In this document: in pieces, positions 34,531-45,068 of the stretch | Layout: every line of letters starts with the position of its first letter | How positions within the stretch are numbered: the stretch's first letter is position 1 | DNA from: Candidatus Yaniella excrementavium | GTDB taxonomy: Bacteria; Actinomycetota; Actinomycetes; Actinomycetales; Micrococcaceae | Length of the DNA stretch: 64,000 nt | Reading direction: 5' to 3' | Assembly: GCA_019115865.1 (NCBI GenBank) | Contig: DXCT01000005.1 | Span: forward strand, 26,057 to 90,056 | Notes under the pieces: generated by a model | The model's input: the letters and a program-made list of their open reading frames with translations, nothing else | Database searches by the model: none | Told to the model about the DNA's origin: nothing | Position numbers and translations under genes: made by a program

Positions 34531-36231
34531 ATGGATGAACTGTTCACTGCTGCTCAGACATGGATGGATCTCGACCCGGAGCACGCGGGAATTCTCGCCA
34601 AAGAAATTTCTGCTGCCCGCCGTGAAGAAGACTGGGCTATCTCCGCATTGACAGCCCGGTTTGCCGGGTATCTCACGTTTGGCACGGCCGGGCTTCGAGC
34701 GCCCGTGGGTCCCGGTACCACTCGCATGAATCGGGTCGTGGTCCAACATGCTGCTGCTGGAATTGCCGATTTTGCACACGAACGCGTAAGTCAACCACTC
34801 GTTGTGATCGGATACGATGCGCGGCACCGTTCCAAAGATTTTGCTATCGACTCGGCTGCAGTCTTCACAGCTGCAGGGTGTCGAGTTAAACTCATGCCTA
34901 CGACAGCACCAACTCCTGTCTTGGCTTTTGCTCTCAAGCATCTAGCCGCCGACGTTGGGATCATGGTCACCGCCTCCCACAATCCGCCCGGTGATAATGG
35001 TTATAAGGTCTATCTGGGACCGCGACTATTGGGCCCCGACGATGTCACGGGAGCGTACGCTCAGATTACTTCACCGACCGATCAGCTCATCGCTACGAAA
35101 ATTCACGCGTGGAATATTGCAACCAAACAACCAGATTTAGCTGCATCCGGGTGGGAGTTTATCCCGGAGGACATCAGTTATGACTATGTCGAGGCTGTTC
35201 GCCAGTTCCTGAACGGTGTCTCCTCCCCGAAGGGTCGCAGTGCTCTTCATATCGTGTATACGCCAATGCATGGTGTAGGGGCCGGCATTTTCTCTCAACT
35301 GATGGATGCCACCGGTTTCAACACCGTTTCTGTGGTCGACCAGCAAGTTGATCCAGATCCGGCCTTTCCTACCGTAGCGTTCCCAAACCCCGAGGAACCC
35401 GGCGCTTTAGACCTCGCTATTTCGACGGCGAATTCCCTGCCCGAAACCGATCTGATCATTGCCCACGATCCAGATGCCGATCGGCTGGCCGTTGCAGTCC
35501 GGGTTAGCGGTGAGTGGCGTCGATTGTCGGGCGACCACGTTGGCTTACTTCTGGGCGCCCGGCTTATGCCCTACCTCGCGGCCAATGATCTGGCGATCTC
35601 CAATTCAGTCGTGTCCGCTCCACAACTGGCACGACTTGCAACACAGCATGGCGTCCCCCACCGCACAACCCCTACCGGGTTCAAATGGATTTGCCGGGTA
35701 CCAAAGCTTGGCTTTGGGTATGAAGAGGCCCTCGGCTATGCCGTGGCGCCACACGTGGTCAATGATAAAGATGGGCTTAGTGCTGCCGTTGTTCTAGCCG
35801 ATTTGGCAGCCGAGCTGAAAGCCAACGGCAGCGACCTCGTAGAGTATTTATATGAACTCACTGATCAGATCGGCCCCACCATCACAGACCAGATTTCTGT
35901 GCACGTGCCATCGCCTTCCGTGGGTGCGCTGCTCGTGGAAGATCTTCGAACCAACCCACCGCTCACGCTTGCCCAGCAAAGCCCCGTGATCGCGGTGGAC
36001 TATGCCAACGCACAGGTGGAATTAGTACAAGAGTACGGCCCCATGAATATGGTGGAATTTTCTACTGCGGGGCTTGTCACAGCCAGACTCATGATTCGAC
36101 CTTCCGGTACGGAGCCAAAAGTGAAGTGCTATATCTCTGTTTCTGCCACCCCGGATACGCCATTTGAAACCGTCCAAGCAGCCATGGTTGATTTGCGCGA
36201 AGAAGCTGCCAACCTTGTCGATGTCGCATAA
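34531..36231 (+). CDS. Phospho-sugar mutase (alpha-D-phosphohexomutase family)
   Basis: FGTAGLR, TASHNP, DPDADR, GYEEALG, RPSGTEPK. Confidence 0.92.
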   Translation: MDELFTAAQTWMDLDPEHAGILAKEISAARREEDWAISALTARFAGYLTFGTAGLRAPVGPGTTRMNRVVVQHAAAGIADFAHERVSQPLVVIGYDARHRSKDFAIDSAAVFTAAGCRVKLMPTTAPTPVLAFALKHLAADVGIMVTASHNPPGDNGYKVYLGPRLLGPDDVTGAYAQITSPTDQLIATKIHAWNIATKQPDLAASGWEFIPEDISYDYVEAVRQFLNGVSSPKGRSALHIVYTPMHGVGAGIFSQLMDATGFNTVSVVDQQVDPDPAFPTVAFPNPEEPGALDLAISTANSLPETDLIIAHDPDADRLAVAVRVSGEWRRLSGDHVGLLLGARLMPYLAANDLAISNSVVSAPQLARLATQHGVPHRTTPTGFKWICRVPKLGFGYEEALGYAVAPHVVNDKDGLSAAVVLADLAAELKANGSDLVEYLYELTDQIGPTITDQISVHVPSPSVGALLVEDLRTNPPLTLAQQSPVIAVDYANAQVELVQEYGPMNMVEFSTAGLVTARLMIRPSGTEPKVKCYISVSATPDTPFETVQAAMVDLREEAANLVDVA

Positions 36232-36240
36232 GGAGAGACT

Positions 36241-36936
36241 GTGTCCGATACTGCACCGTTAGACCCAACTGAGGTCGAGGCGCTAGAGCGCCACCAGTTG
36301 GCCGCAAGAATTGATCATACTTTACTGTCACCAACCACAACGGCAACAGAAATTGACCAGCTCTGCGCTCAAGCAGCGCAGTTCAGTACAGCGTCAGTGT
36401 GCATTCAGCCGATTTGGGTGGCACGTGCTGCCGATCGTTTGGCCAATACCGATGTGAAAGTCTGTACTGTGATCGGATTTCCTACGGGTGCTCAAACGCC
36501 ACTGACCAAAGCAACAGAAGCTACCGAAGCAATCCGCAATGGCGCCCAAGAGCTCGACATGGTGATCGACCAGGCGGCCGCACTGTCAGCTGACACGACA
36601 CGCCTGATCCACGATATCTCAGCGGTGGTTACAGCAGCCGAGGGACATGACGTCCTGGTCAAGGTCATCTTAGAGACGGCTTCGCTGACCGAACAGGCAA
36701 AGGTCCTGGCCTGCGAAGCAGCTGCAGAAGCAGGCGCTGACTATGTGAAAACTTCGACTGGATTTGGACCCGGCGGTGCAACCGTAGAAGATGTTGCACT
36801 CCTGCGGGACACCGTTGGCGACACACTAGGTGTGAAAGCATCCGGTGGCATCCGCACTCGTGAGGATGCACTGAACATGTTGAAAGCTGGTGCAACCCGT
36901 CTTGGCGCCAGCTCAACTTACGCTATCCTAAGTTAA
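36241..36936 (+). CDS. deoC: Deoxyribose-phosphate aldolase
   Basis: IDHTLL, VIGFPTG, KVILET, YVKTSTGF, VKASGGIR. Confidence 0.95.
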   Translation: MSDTAPLDPTEVEALERHQLAARIDHTLLSPTTTATEIDQLCAQAAQFSTASVCIQPIWVARAADRLANTDVKVCTVIGFPTGAQTPLTKATEATEAIRNGAQELDMVIDQAAALSADTTRLIHDISAVVTAAEGHDVLVKVILETASLTEQAKVLACEAAAEAGADYVKTSTGFGPGGATVEDVALLRDTVGDTLGVKASGGIRTREDALNMLKAGATRLGASSTYAILS

Positions 36937-37007
36937 CAACACATCCTTGCATCCTTGGTCGGGCTATCCTGGCTATGAGAACTTTTTGAAAGAACAGAGG
37001 TGTCCCC

Positions 37008-37280
37008 TTGATACGTGACGGCAAACCGGTAGATTACTCCGGCCAAGGCAATACCGCCGGAAACTTAATCGCAGCCTCCATCACAGCGGTGCTGTTTGTT
37101 GTTGGGCTCTACATGTTCAACACACTTTCCTTTGAAAGCGTCTGGGTTCCAATGCTGGGCGTAATCGGACTATGTTCACTGGCGTTCTTCATTCCTAAAC
37201 AGCTCACGGGTCAGTCAAACACTGTCGATAGTGACTTTGTCACTGATCCAGCACACGAAACTCACTCTCCAAACTTGTAA
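37008..37280 (+). CDS. Small two-TM hypothetical membrane protein
   Basis: RBS GAGGTG, two hydrophobic segments, followed by a terminator. Confidence 0.65.
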   Translation: MIRDGKPVDYSGQGNTAGNLIAASITAVLFVVGLYMFNTLSFESVWVPMLGVIGLCSLAFFIPKQLTGQSNTVDSDFVTDPAHETHSPNL

Positions 37281-37312
37281 ACGATTCGTCGTTACGGTTT
37301 CAGCACGACGTA

Positions 37313-37349
37313 AAGCAGCACCCGGGGTCTGTTACCCCGGGTGCTGCTT
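37313..37349 (+). terminator. Hairpin terminator
   Basis: AAGCAGCACCCGGGGT / ACCCCGGGTGCTGCTT. Confidence 0.75.
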
Positions 37350-37364
37350 CGTTGTTTGGACACT

Positions 37365-38423
37365 ATGAAAACATCTCAACGAAATATCGGGATCGACGCA
37401 CTGCGTCTGTTCTCCATCGCCATGGTAGTCCTGGGCCACTCAGGATCGTTTGAAGGCTCCTCGCTCCTATCGATGTGGCGGATGCCCTTGTTCTTTATCT
37501 TGTCCGGTTTCTTTTTCGTCCCGTATGGGAGATCGCTACGTTTCGAATTCAGTCGACGCTGGGAAACACTCGTTATCCCATATCTGGCGTGGTCACTGAT
37601 TATTTCTCTTATCGTCATCATCGTGAAATGGTCGGAGCCAACCGAGATGTTGCACCACCTGTTTACGGGATGGCGCGGCGGTACCGGTCGTTCAATCTTT
37701 TGGATGTCGGCTTGGTTCCTTCTCAGCCTAGCGATTTCTGCTGTTATTCTGAGGTATCTGGAACGCTTCCCCCGTTGGATGGCCTGGGCTGTCGGGGCCG
37801 GGGGTATTTTGGCTTCTCGTCTTTTCGTGTATTTCGATCGTGCGGATATTCTGGATGGTCACCTTTTTGCTGAAGTTCCGCTGCGTCTTGGCATTAGTCT
37901 GCCAATCATCTTTTACTTACTGGTTGGTCAAGAGATCCGGAGACGCGTTATGCCCGCGATAGAGCAAGTATCCGTGGCTCGTGCTTGCTCCATCGGTGCG
38001 GTGCTCATTGTTGCTCCGCTGGTCCTCGCGCAGCATTTCTCAATTCCTGCTCACTACATGCACGCGGGCTTATTCGGGTGGCCCATGATCACCCCGATCA
38101 TTGCTATCACTGTGACCATCGGTTTCATCATGATTTTTGCTACCGGGGTCAACCGGGCACTTCAGGTCTCGGATCTGGCTGGTCGACTCATCGGCAGACT
38201 TGTCCGCACTGGGTCAACCGTTGTGATGTTCCATGGTTTGGTCTTGTTATTTGTGCATTCCCTCGGCCTGCATTCCAGTTCTCTGGAAGATTTATTAGTA
38301 AGGTTTGGAATAACGTTGACGACGGCTTTTGCTGTTGGTCTTCTCATCAATATGTCACCGGCAGCACGGGTGTTGTCTGGGGTTCCAAGAGAACGTCCGC
38401 TGCGAGTGACAATAGCCGCCTAA
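37365..38423 (+). CDS. Acyltransferase-3 family membrane O-acyltransferase (copy 1)
   Basis: RNIGIDALR, VVLGH, MPLFFILSGF, LVIPY, WFL; about 10 TM. Confidence 0.85.
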   Translation: MKTSQRNIGIDALRLFSIAMVVLGHSGSFEGSSLLSMWRMPLFFILSGFFFVPYGRSLRFEFSRRWETLVIPYLAWSLIISLIVIIVKWSEPTEMLHHLFTGWRGGTGRSIFWMSAWFLLSLAISAVILRYLERFPRWMAWAVGAGGILASRLFVYFDRADILDGHLFAEVPLRLGISLPIIFYLLVGQEIRRRVMPAIEQVSVARACSIGAVLIVAPLVLAQHFSIPAHYMHAGLFGWPMITPIIAITVTIGFIMIFATGVNRALQVSDLAGRLIGRLVRTGSTVVMFHGLVLLFVHSLGLHSSSLEDLLVRFGITLTTAFAVGLLINMSPAARVLSGVPRERPLRVTIAA

Positions 38424-38439
38424 TCGCCGAAACAGGTCT

Positions 38440-39510
38440 ATGTCCTCCACTCGAGCGCCTCGCAATGTCGGTATCGACCTACTGAGAGTTTTCTCTATTG
38501 TCATGGTTGTGGTCGGGCACGCCGGTTCATTCCCCAACGATCAACTTTTGACTGTCTGGCGGATGCCGCTGTTCTTTATGCTCTCCGGATTTTTCTTTAC
38601 GCCCGGACGCAGTCTCACGCTTGAATTCACGAAACGGTGGAACACGTTAGTCATCCCGTATCTCGCGTGGTCTGTGCTGATATCGGTGTGGGTCATCGCG
38701 ACCTTATGGGGTCAACAGGAACTCATCTTCGATCACTTACAGTCTGGTTGGGTGGGCGGTTCTGGCCAGTCTATTTATTGGATGGCAGCCTGGTTCATTA
38801 CCACGCTGGCTGGAGCAACAATGCTACGTCGGTTCCTCGAACGCTTTGGCACAGTTATCCCGTGGGTGGTGGCCGTTGCTGGGGTCATTGTGTCCTATGG
38901 CCTCACCAAGATGGTCGACAACGGTTCACTGGAAGCCCATGCATTGGTGGATACACCATTACGTTTGGGTTTGGCATGGCCGGTCATGTTCTATCTCTTG
39001 GTAGGCGAATTCTTGCGAAAGCTTCTCATGCCGTTGGTCAAGAAATTTTCTTCACACGTCTTAGCACTTGTTGGAATCGTCTTGGTGATGATGGCCCTCT
39101 ATGCCACAGCTACATTCGACATTCATGCTCACTTTATCCAGGCTGGCGGGTTCGGAACACCCATCCTGACGCCACTGGTCGCCATCATCGTCACGACGGG
39201 GTTCATTCTCATCTTTGCCACCTGGGTCAATGACGTGCTCCAAAAATTCCAGGTAGCACAGGCAGGGGTTTCACGGCTAGTCCGTACGGGAACGCCCGTA
39301 GTTTTCCTTCACGGTGTGGTGCTGGTGTGGATGTATCAGAACGGTTTTGGGGACGACTCGCTCGAGCATTTCGGGTGGCGCTTAGGCACTGCTGTGGTGG
39401 TCTCTTTTGTGTTTTCACTGCTGATCAACAGCACATCAATCGCTCGTTTACTGTCCGGTGCGCCGCGTGAGCCAAATATTTTTCGAAAACGCAACGCGCC
39501 ACCGTCTTAG
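38440..39510 (+). CDS. Acyltransferase-3 family membrane O-acyltransferase (copy 2)
   Basis: RNVGIDLLR, VVVGH, MPLFFMLSGF, LVIPY; colinear with copy 1. Confidence 0.85.
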   Translation: MSSTRAPRNVGIDLLRVFSIVMVVVGHAGSFPNDQLLTVWRMPLFFMLSGFFFTPGRSLTLEFTKRWNTLVIPYLAWSVLISVWVIATLWGQQELIFDHLQSGWVGGSGQSIYWMAAWFITTLAGATMLRRFLERFGTVIPWVVAVAGVIVSYGLTKMVDNGSLEAHALVDTPLRLGLAWPVMFYLLVGEFLRKLLMPLVKKFSSHVLALVGIVLVMMALYATATFDIHAHFIQAGGFGTPILTPLVAIIVTTGFILIFATWVNDVLQKFQVAQAGVSRLVRTGTPVVFLHGVVLVWMYQNGFGDDSLEHFGWRLGTAVVVSFVFSLLINSTSIARLLSGAPREPNIFRKRNAPPS

Positions 39511-42500
39511 TTTTCACCAAACACGTGCACGATGAAGTCTCCGGCCCACTGAAGCAGATCTGCATCAACGAGATCTTTTCCAGTTACTGATTTCGTTTTC
39601 GGCCGCGGGACCATCAGCGCGTGCATCGGTGCTCGATGCGTTGCGCCCGGGTACATTCGCTTCAGCCGCATAGCACGCGAATCAGGCAGCGATTCTACGG
39701 GACCAAACTTGATGTTCTTGCCCATGAGCATGACCTCGTAGACGCCATATTCTCGGGCAGTGTTGCGGAAATTAGCTACAGCAACAAGGTTCTGTGCCGG
39801 TTCTGGAAGCTGTCCGTACCGGTCTTGGAGCTCTTCCACAACACCGGCAACTGCTTCTGCATCGGCAGCTTGGGCAAGATTCCGATAAGCCTCGAGACGA
39901 AGTCTCTCACCAGGGATATAGTCATGCGGTAGATGCGCGTTCACCGGAAGCTCCACTTTAACTTCTTCTGGCGAGGTGTCTTCCTCACCTTTGAAATCAG
40001 AGACTGCTTCACCCACCATGCGTAGATACAGGTCAAAACCAACGCCGGCGATGTGACCAGACTGTTCACCACCCAGCAAGTTTCCTGCGCCACGAATCTC
40101 CAGATCCTTTTGGGCCAGCTGGAGTCCGGAGCCGAGTTCGTTGTGGGTTGCTACCGCCTTGAGCCGTTCCATGGCGACCTCGTTGAGTGGCTTATTTGAG
40201 TCGTAAAGGAAATATGCGTAGGCGCGGTCACGTCCGCGTCCGACACGTCCACGTAGCTGATGTAACTGTGACAGCCCGTAACGGTGTGCATCTTCGATGA
40301 TCAACGTATTGGCGTTGGCAATATCCAAGCCGGTTTCAATGATCGTGGTCGACACGAGCACATCGTATTCCTTCTCCCAAAAATCGACCATGATCTCTTC
40401 GAGCGTAGATTCACCCATACGACCATGAGCAACGGCCACGCGTGCTTCGGGCATGAGCTCCTGAATCCGTGCCGCGACTTTGTTGATGGTGTTGACACGG
40501 TTATGGACGTAGAAGACTTGTCCTTCGCGCATGAGTTCCCGACGGATGGCAGCGGTAATCTGCTTATCTGTGTATGGTCCAACATAGGTTAAGACCGGGT
40601 GACGTTGTTCCGGTGGAGTCGCCAAGGTTGAAGTTTCTCGGATACCTGTCATCGACATTTCCAAGGTACGTGGAATCGGTGTCGCCGTCATTGCCAATAC
40701 ATCCACGTTTGTGCGCATCTTCTTGAGCTTTTCCTTATGCTCGACGCCGAAGCGCTGTTCCTCGTCCACGATCACCAAACCCAGATCCTTAAACTGTACT
40801 TCGTCAGAGAGAAGTCGATGCGTGCCGATCACCATATCGACCGTACCTTCGGCCAGACCGTTGACTGTTTCGCGCGATTCTTTAGCCCTCTGGAAACGTG
40901 ACAGCGCACGGATCGTCACTGGAAAGCCAGCAAAACGCTCGGTGAAGGTTTCTGCGTGCTGGCGCGCCAATAGTGTTGTCGGAACCAGCAGGGCAACCTG
41001 CTTGCCGTCTTGAATGGCTTTAAAGGCTGCTCGTACAGCGACCTCTGTTTTACCAAAACCCACATCACCTGCCACCAACCGGTCCATGGGCACTTGGGCT
41101 TCCATATCCTGTTTGACCTCTTCAACCGTGGTCAGCTGATCCGGTGTCTCCATATGGGGGAACGCCTCTTCCAGTTCAGCCTGCCACGGAGTATCCGGCG
41201 GGTATGCGTGACCTGACGTTGCCATGCGTGCCGAGTACAACTGGATGAGTTCTTTTGCAATCTCTCGGGTAGCACGCCGCGCTTTGGATTTAGTCTGAGC
41301 CCAATCAGATCCGCCCATTTTTGAAAGGGTTGGGACGTCGCCGCCAACGTATTGAGACACTTGGTCCAGTTGGTCAGTTGGAACAAACAACCGGTCCCCT
41401 GCGCCCCCGCGTTTCGATGGCGCAAACTCCAGGACCAAATATTCACGGTAGCCTTCTTCTCCGGCCGTAGATCGAGCACCAGCAACTTTGCGACGCTGTA
41501 GTTCGATAAACTTGGCAATGCCGTGCTGACTGTGGACTACGAAGTCGCCTTCTTCAAGGGTCAATGGGTCAACAGCGTTGCGCCGTTTGCGAGCCAACGA
41601 CCGACGCTCGCCACGTTGAGTTCCTGCCGCTTGTCGTCCAAAGAGATCGTACTCAGTGACTACGGCCAAGCGTTGCTGTGCCCAGGCGAATCCGGAGCCC
41701 AACGAAGCTGCAGTGACTTGGATCTGAGCTGGTTCCACAGCGTTAATCGATTCCACCACAGTGGCGGTATGGCCTTGCTCCAAAAAGAGCTCTGCCAGGC
41801 GACGTGCCGGTCCGGGACCGTGGGTGGCCACCACGATAGACCACCGGTCTTGTATCCGGTTACCAACGTGTTCCATCAGCGCTGTCATGTCACCGGCAAA
41901 CTGGGCAGGTGCGACAAAACCACTTCGCAAAGCCGTGGCATCAATGGTGCCGTCGTGGTCGAAAGTCGTAAATTGCCACCAGCCCTGGTCCTGTTCTAAG
42001 GCCAGTGTTCGGGTGTCGCCGAGTGTGGCGAAGCCACCAGCTTCCTGCTGATTTTCAACGGGTGCCGCAAGTCCTTCACCAGCTGCAGCCCAGGCCGCTT
42101 CCAAAAATTCTTCGTTGGTGTTCAGCAGGTCATCAACTCGGTGCCGAACCTTTTCCGGTTCCACCATTACGGTAAGTGAACCCTGCGGCAGGACTTCCAA
42201 AAACGATTCCATCTCGGTGACCAATGGAGCCAGAGATTCCATCCCCTCAACGGCTATCCCGTTGGACATCGGCTCCAACATTTCCAGAACATTGGGCATC
42301 GATACTTTGAGATCACGTGCGCGTTGCTGCACTTCAGTGGTCAACAGGAGCTCACGGCAAGGGGGCGCATACATCTTGGTGGGCGTTTCGGATCCATCCT
42401 CAGAGGTGTCTATGAGGGAGCGCTGATCGGCAATAGAGAAGTAGCGGATATTCTCGACTTCATCACCAAAGAATTCGACGCGGTAAGGATGATCATCGGT

Positions 42501-43112
42501 GGGTGGAAAAACATCGATGATACCGCCGCGGACAGCAAACTCACCACGACGTGAGACCATATCAACTCGGGAATAAGCCGCACTGGCCAAATCCTCAACG
42601 ACTTGTTCGAAGTTATAAAATGCTCCGGTCTGCAATGAGACCGGTTCAAGGTCTCCCAGACCCTTGACGATCGGTTGCACGATGGATCGTACCGGGGCGG
42701 TGACGACTTTGAGCGGTTTTTGCCCATCAGCTCCAGGATGCGCGAGTTTCCGCAAGATCGCCATGCGCGAGCCGACGGTGTCGCTGCGTGGTGAAAGACG
42801 TTCATGAGGCAGTGTTTCCCAGGACGGGAAGTGGCCTACGGTCTCGGCATCCATCCAAGAGTCCAAACCACGTGCCAGATCTTCTGCCTCGCGAGCTGTT
42901 GCAGTAACTAATAACACCACAGGCGCGGCAAAGTCAGCCTCTTGCAACGCTTTAGCCAGCAGTGCGGTGACAGCTTCTCTTGCACCGTCAGGTAGCGTCA
43001 GAGAAAGATCCGAGGTGCGCTCGCTGCGCGTAATTGAGGTCCGCATGGCCGCTACAGCGGTATCGGTTTCAAGGTGATTTAGTAACCCTGACAACACAGC
43101 GTGTTCAGACAA
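39507..43112 (-). CDS. mfd: Transcription-repair coupling factor
   Basis: WETLPHE, CarD-like RID, GDVGFGKTE, DEEQRFG, QLRGRVGR, DLEIRGAGNLLG. Confidence 0.97.
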   Translation of the reverse strand: MSEHAVLSGLLNHLETDTAVAAMRTSITRSERTSDLSLTLPDGAREAVTALLAKALQEADFAAPVVLLVTATAREAEDLARGLDSWMDAETVGHFPSWETLPHERLSPRSDTVGSRMAILRKLAHPGADGQKPLKVVTAPVRSIVQPIVKGLGDLEPVSLQTGAFYNFEQVVEDLASAAYSRVDMVSRRGEFAVRGGIIDVFPPTDDHPYRVEFFGDEVENIRYFSIADQRSLIDTSEDGSETPTKMYAPPCRELLLTTEVQQRARDLKVSMPNVLEMLEPMSNGIAVEGMESLAPLVTEMESFLEVLPQGSLTVMVEPEKVRHRVDDLLNTNEEFLEAAWAAAGEGLAAPVENQQEAGGFATLGDTRTLALEQDQGWWQFTTFDHDGTIDATALRSGFVAPAQFAGDMTALMEHVGNRIQDRWSIVVATHGPGPARRLAELFLEQGHTATVVESINAVEPAQIQVTAASLGSGFAWAQQRLAVVTEYDLFGRQAAGTQRGERRSLARKRRNAVDPLTLEEGDFVVHSQHGIAKFIELQRRKVAGARSTAGEEGYREYLVLEFAPSKRGGAGDRLFVPTDQLDQVSQYVGGDVPTLSKMGGSDWAQTKSKARRATREIAKELIQLYSARMATSGHAYPPDTPWQAELEEAFPHMETPDQLTTVEEVKQDMEAQVPMDRLVAGDVGFGKTEVAVRAAFKAIQDGKQVALLVPTTLLARQHAETFTERFAGFPVTIRALSRFQRAKESRETVNGLAEGTVDMVIGTHRLLSDEVQFKDLGLVIVDEEQRFGVEHKEKLKKMRTNVDVLAMTATPIPRTLEMSMTGIRETSTLATPPEQRHPVLTYVGPYTDKQITAAIRRELMREGQVFYVHNRVNTINKVAARIQELMPEARVAVAHGRMGESTLEEIMVDFWEKEYDVLVSTTIIETGLDIANANTLIIEDAHRYGLSQLHQLRGRVGRGRDRAYAYFLYDSNKPLNEVAMERLKAVATHNELGSGLQLAQKDLEIRGAGNLLGGEQSGHIAGVGFDLYLRMVGEAVSDFKGEEDTSPEEVKVELPVNAHLPHDYIPGERLRLEAYRNLAQAADAEAVAGVVEELQDRYGQLPEPAQNLVAVANFRNTAREYGVYEVMLMGKNIKFGPVESLPDSRAMRLKRMYPGATHRAPMHALMVPRPKTKSVTGKDLVDADLLQWAGDFIVHVFGEN

Positions 43113-43237
43113 ATCTAACTACCCACTATCCTGGTAATGTTCACATCCGGCGCACGTACAAGCATAACTGTTTATACAGCATCACCGTCTACACTGGCTT
43201 AAATATCAACTGCTCGCGAGCATGAGAGAGGAAGCAC

Positions 43238-43762
43238 ATGGCTTTTCAAGTAACGACTACTATCCCATACACACCTGAACAGGTATTTGGTGGGCTCACA
43301 AATCGCGATTTTCACGTGTACGCAGCCGATGCATTCCGCGCTGATCTCGATGAGTTCTCGGTGATGCCGCATGAACCCGCAGCAAGTGACACAGTATCGG
43401 TGAATATCCAGCGCACGGTCAACGGTGAGGACTTCGCCAACAAATTGCCATCGGCTGTACAGCGCTTTGCGAAAGGCCGCATCTCGATCGAACAAGCTGA
43501 AGCTTGGTCTGCTGCAGGCGACGATGGCGCTCGTGACGCGAATGCCACAATTAAAGTTCCGATGGTCAAAGCTACAGCAACCGCCACAATCAAGCTCTAC
43601 CCTACCGAAGATGGCTCCGGGACAGTCGTGGACACTGAGGGCAGTGTGAAATCAACGATCCCTCTGGTGGGCTCAAAAATTGCCCAGTTGGCTGAGCCAC
43701 AGGTTGGCAAACTGCTCACCGGTTTGACCAAAAAGCTCGAGGCTTGGCTGAAGGAACACTAG
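43238..43762 (+). CDS. DUF2505-like (START/SRPBCC-fold) protein
   Basis: 174 aa; IPLVGSKIAQ C-terminal motif typical of the family. Confidence 0.7.
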   Translation: MAFQVTTTIPYTPEQVFGGLTNRDFHVYAADAFRADLDEFSVMPHEPAASDTVSVNIQRTVNGEDFANKLPSAVQRFAKGRISIEQAEAWSAAGDDGARDANATIKVPMVKATATATIKLYPTEDGSGTVVDTEGSVKSTIPLVGSKIAQLAEPQVGKLLTGLTKKLEAWLKEH

Positions 43763-43779
43763 AGCCAGATCGAATACGG

Positions 43780-43815
43780 ATCGGCGGGGTGCAGTTTATG
43801 GCTGTCCCTGCCGAT
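43780..43815. terminator. Imperfect hairpin between convergent genes
   Basis: ATCGGCGGGG...GCAG / CTGT...CCCTGCCGAT. Confidence 0.5.
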
Positions 43816-43826
43816 TATCATTTCTA

Positions 43827-44438
43827 CTACTTTTGGTGGAATCGATTTTGTGTAGCAGTGAGCCCGTGCTCAATAAGGGATTCCACAGCATCTGCAGCGC
43901 TATCTATATGCAATGCGAGGTTTTCTTGTTCTGCGGTAGAAAAAGAGCGCAGGACATAATCAGCGGCGTTCATGCGTCCTGTCGGTCGTCCAATGCCTGC
44001 ACGCACACGAAGATAGTCTTTGGTCCCCAGGGCTTGGGACGTTGACTTCAAGCCGTTGTGCCCGCCTTCTCCGCCGCCACGCTTGATGCGGAGCATATCG
44101 AATGCAATATCGAGTTCATCATGAATCACGATGAGGTTCTCGACACCGACCTTGAAGAATTTCAGTAAGGCCGCGATGGGTTTACCGGAAAGATTCATAT
44201 AAGTGGCTGGTTTGGCCAAGACGACTTTGGGGCCGCCGATACCCATCCGGAATTCTGCTACTGCAGCACCTGCTTTATGCACATTCCAACGTTGGGAGTT
44301 TCGTGCGGCGAGTTCGTTGACCACCATGTGCCCGATGTTGTGGCGGGTAGCAGCATAACGGTCTCCGGGGTTACCCAATCCCACCACCAGCACCGGGCCG
44401 GCGGTGGGATCAAGCGAACCTACTGTGGAATGAGCCAA
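43827..44438 (-). CDS. pth: Peptidyl-tRNA hydrolase
   Basis: [31 protein letters not shown]. Confidence 0.96.
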   Translation of the reverse strand: MAHSTVGSLDPTAGPVLVVGLGNPGDRYAATRHNIGHMVVNELAARNSQRWNVHKAGAAVAEFRMGIGGPKVVLAKPATYMNLSGKPIAALLKFFKVGVENLIVIHDELDIAFDMLRIKRGGGEGGHNGLKSTSQALGTKDYLRVRAGIGRPTGRMNAADYVLRSFSTAEQENLALHIDSAADAVESLIEHGLTATQNRFHQK

Positions 44439-44444
44439 GGAGCT

Positions 44445-45068
44445 TTACTCTTTTTCGGCGTTTTCTTCAGCGACCGTTGGAACTTCACCGCTGGCATCCT
44501 CATCGGTGTCTTCTCCCAGATCCTGTTCGACGACCAAGTCAACGGTTGCGACCAGGAAATCTTCGTCAAGATCGAGGTTAACACCTTCTGGAAGGAGCAC
44601 GTCTGGTGCATAAACGTGTTCGCCTGCTTTGCGGTCAGTGAGATCAATGGTGACGTGGTCAGGCAGATCCAGAGCATCAGCTTCCACTGGAACACTATTG
44701 ACGTCAAGCACGTAGGTGTGCTCTGGCGCGACTTCACCGGTGACTTCGACAGGCACATCAACGGTGACGCGCTCGCCGCGACGAACGATGATGAGGTCAA
44801 CGTGTTTGATTTCGTCCTTCAGCGGGTTGCGCTGAATATCTTTTGGCAGTGCCATTTCTTTGTAGTCACCTTCAACCAGACGCAATAGCTGGTTTGAGTT
44901 ACGCAACGCCAAGAAGCCTTCGTGGCGTGGCAACAGCAAGTGACGTGGTGCTTCTCCGTGGCCGTAGACTACGGCCGGAATGTAGCCTTCGCGACGGGCG
45001 CGACGGGCAGCACCTTTACCGAAGTCGGTGCGAGTTTCTACTTGCAGATCAAGGATATCTAGAGCCAT
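44445..45068 (-). CDS. rplY: 50S ribosomal protein L25 / general stress protein Ctc
   Basis: RTDFGKGAARRARR, IPAVVYG, HVDL; RBS AGGAGG. Confidence 0.95.
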   Translation of the reverse strand: MALDILDLQVETRTDFGKGAARRARREGYIPAVVYGHGEAPRHLLLPRHEGFLALRNSNQLLRLVEGDYKEMALPKDIQRNPLKDEIKHVDLIIVRRGERVTVDVPVEVTGEVAPEHTYVLDVNSVPVEADALDLPDHVTIDLTDRKAGEHVYAPDVLLPEGVNLDLDEDFLVATVDLVVEQDLGEDTDEDASGEVPTVAEENAEKE

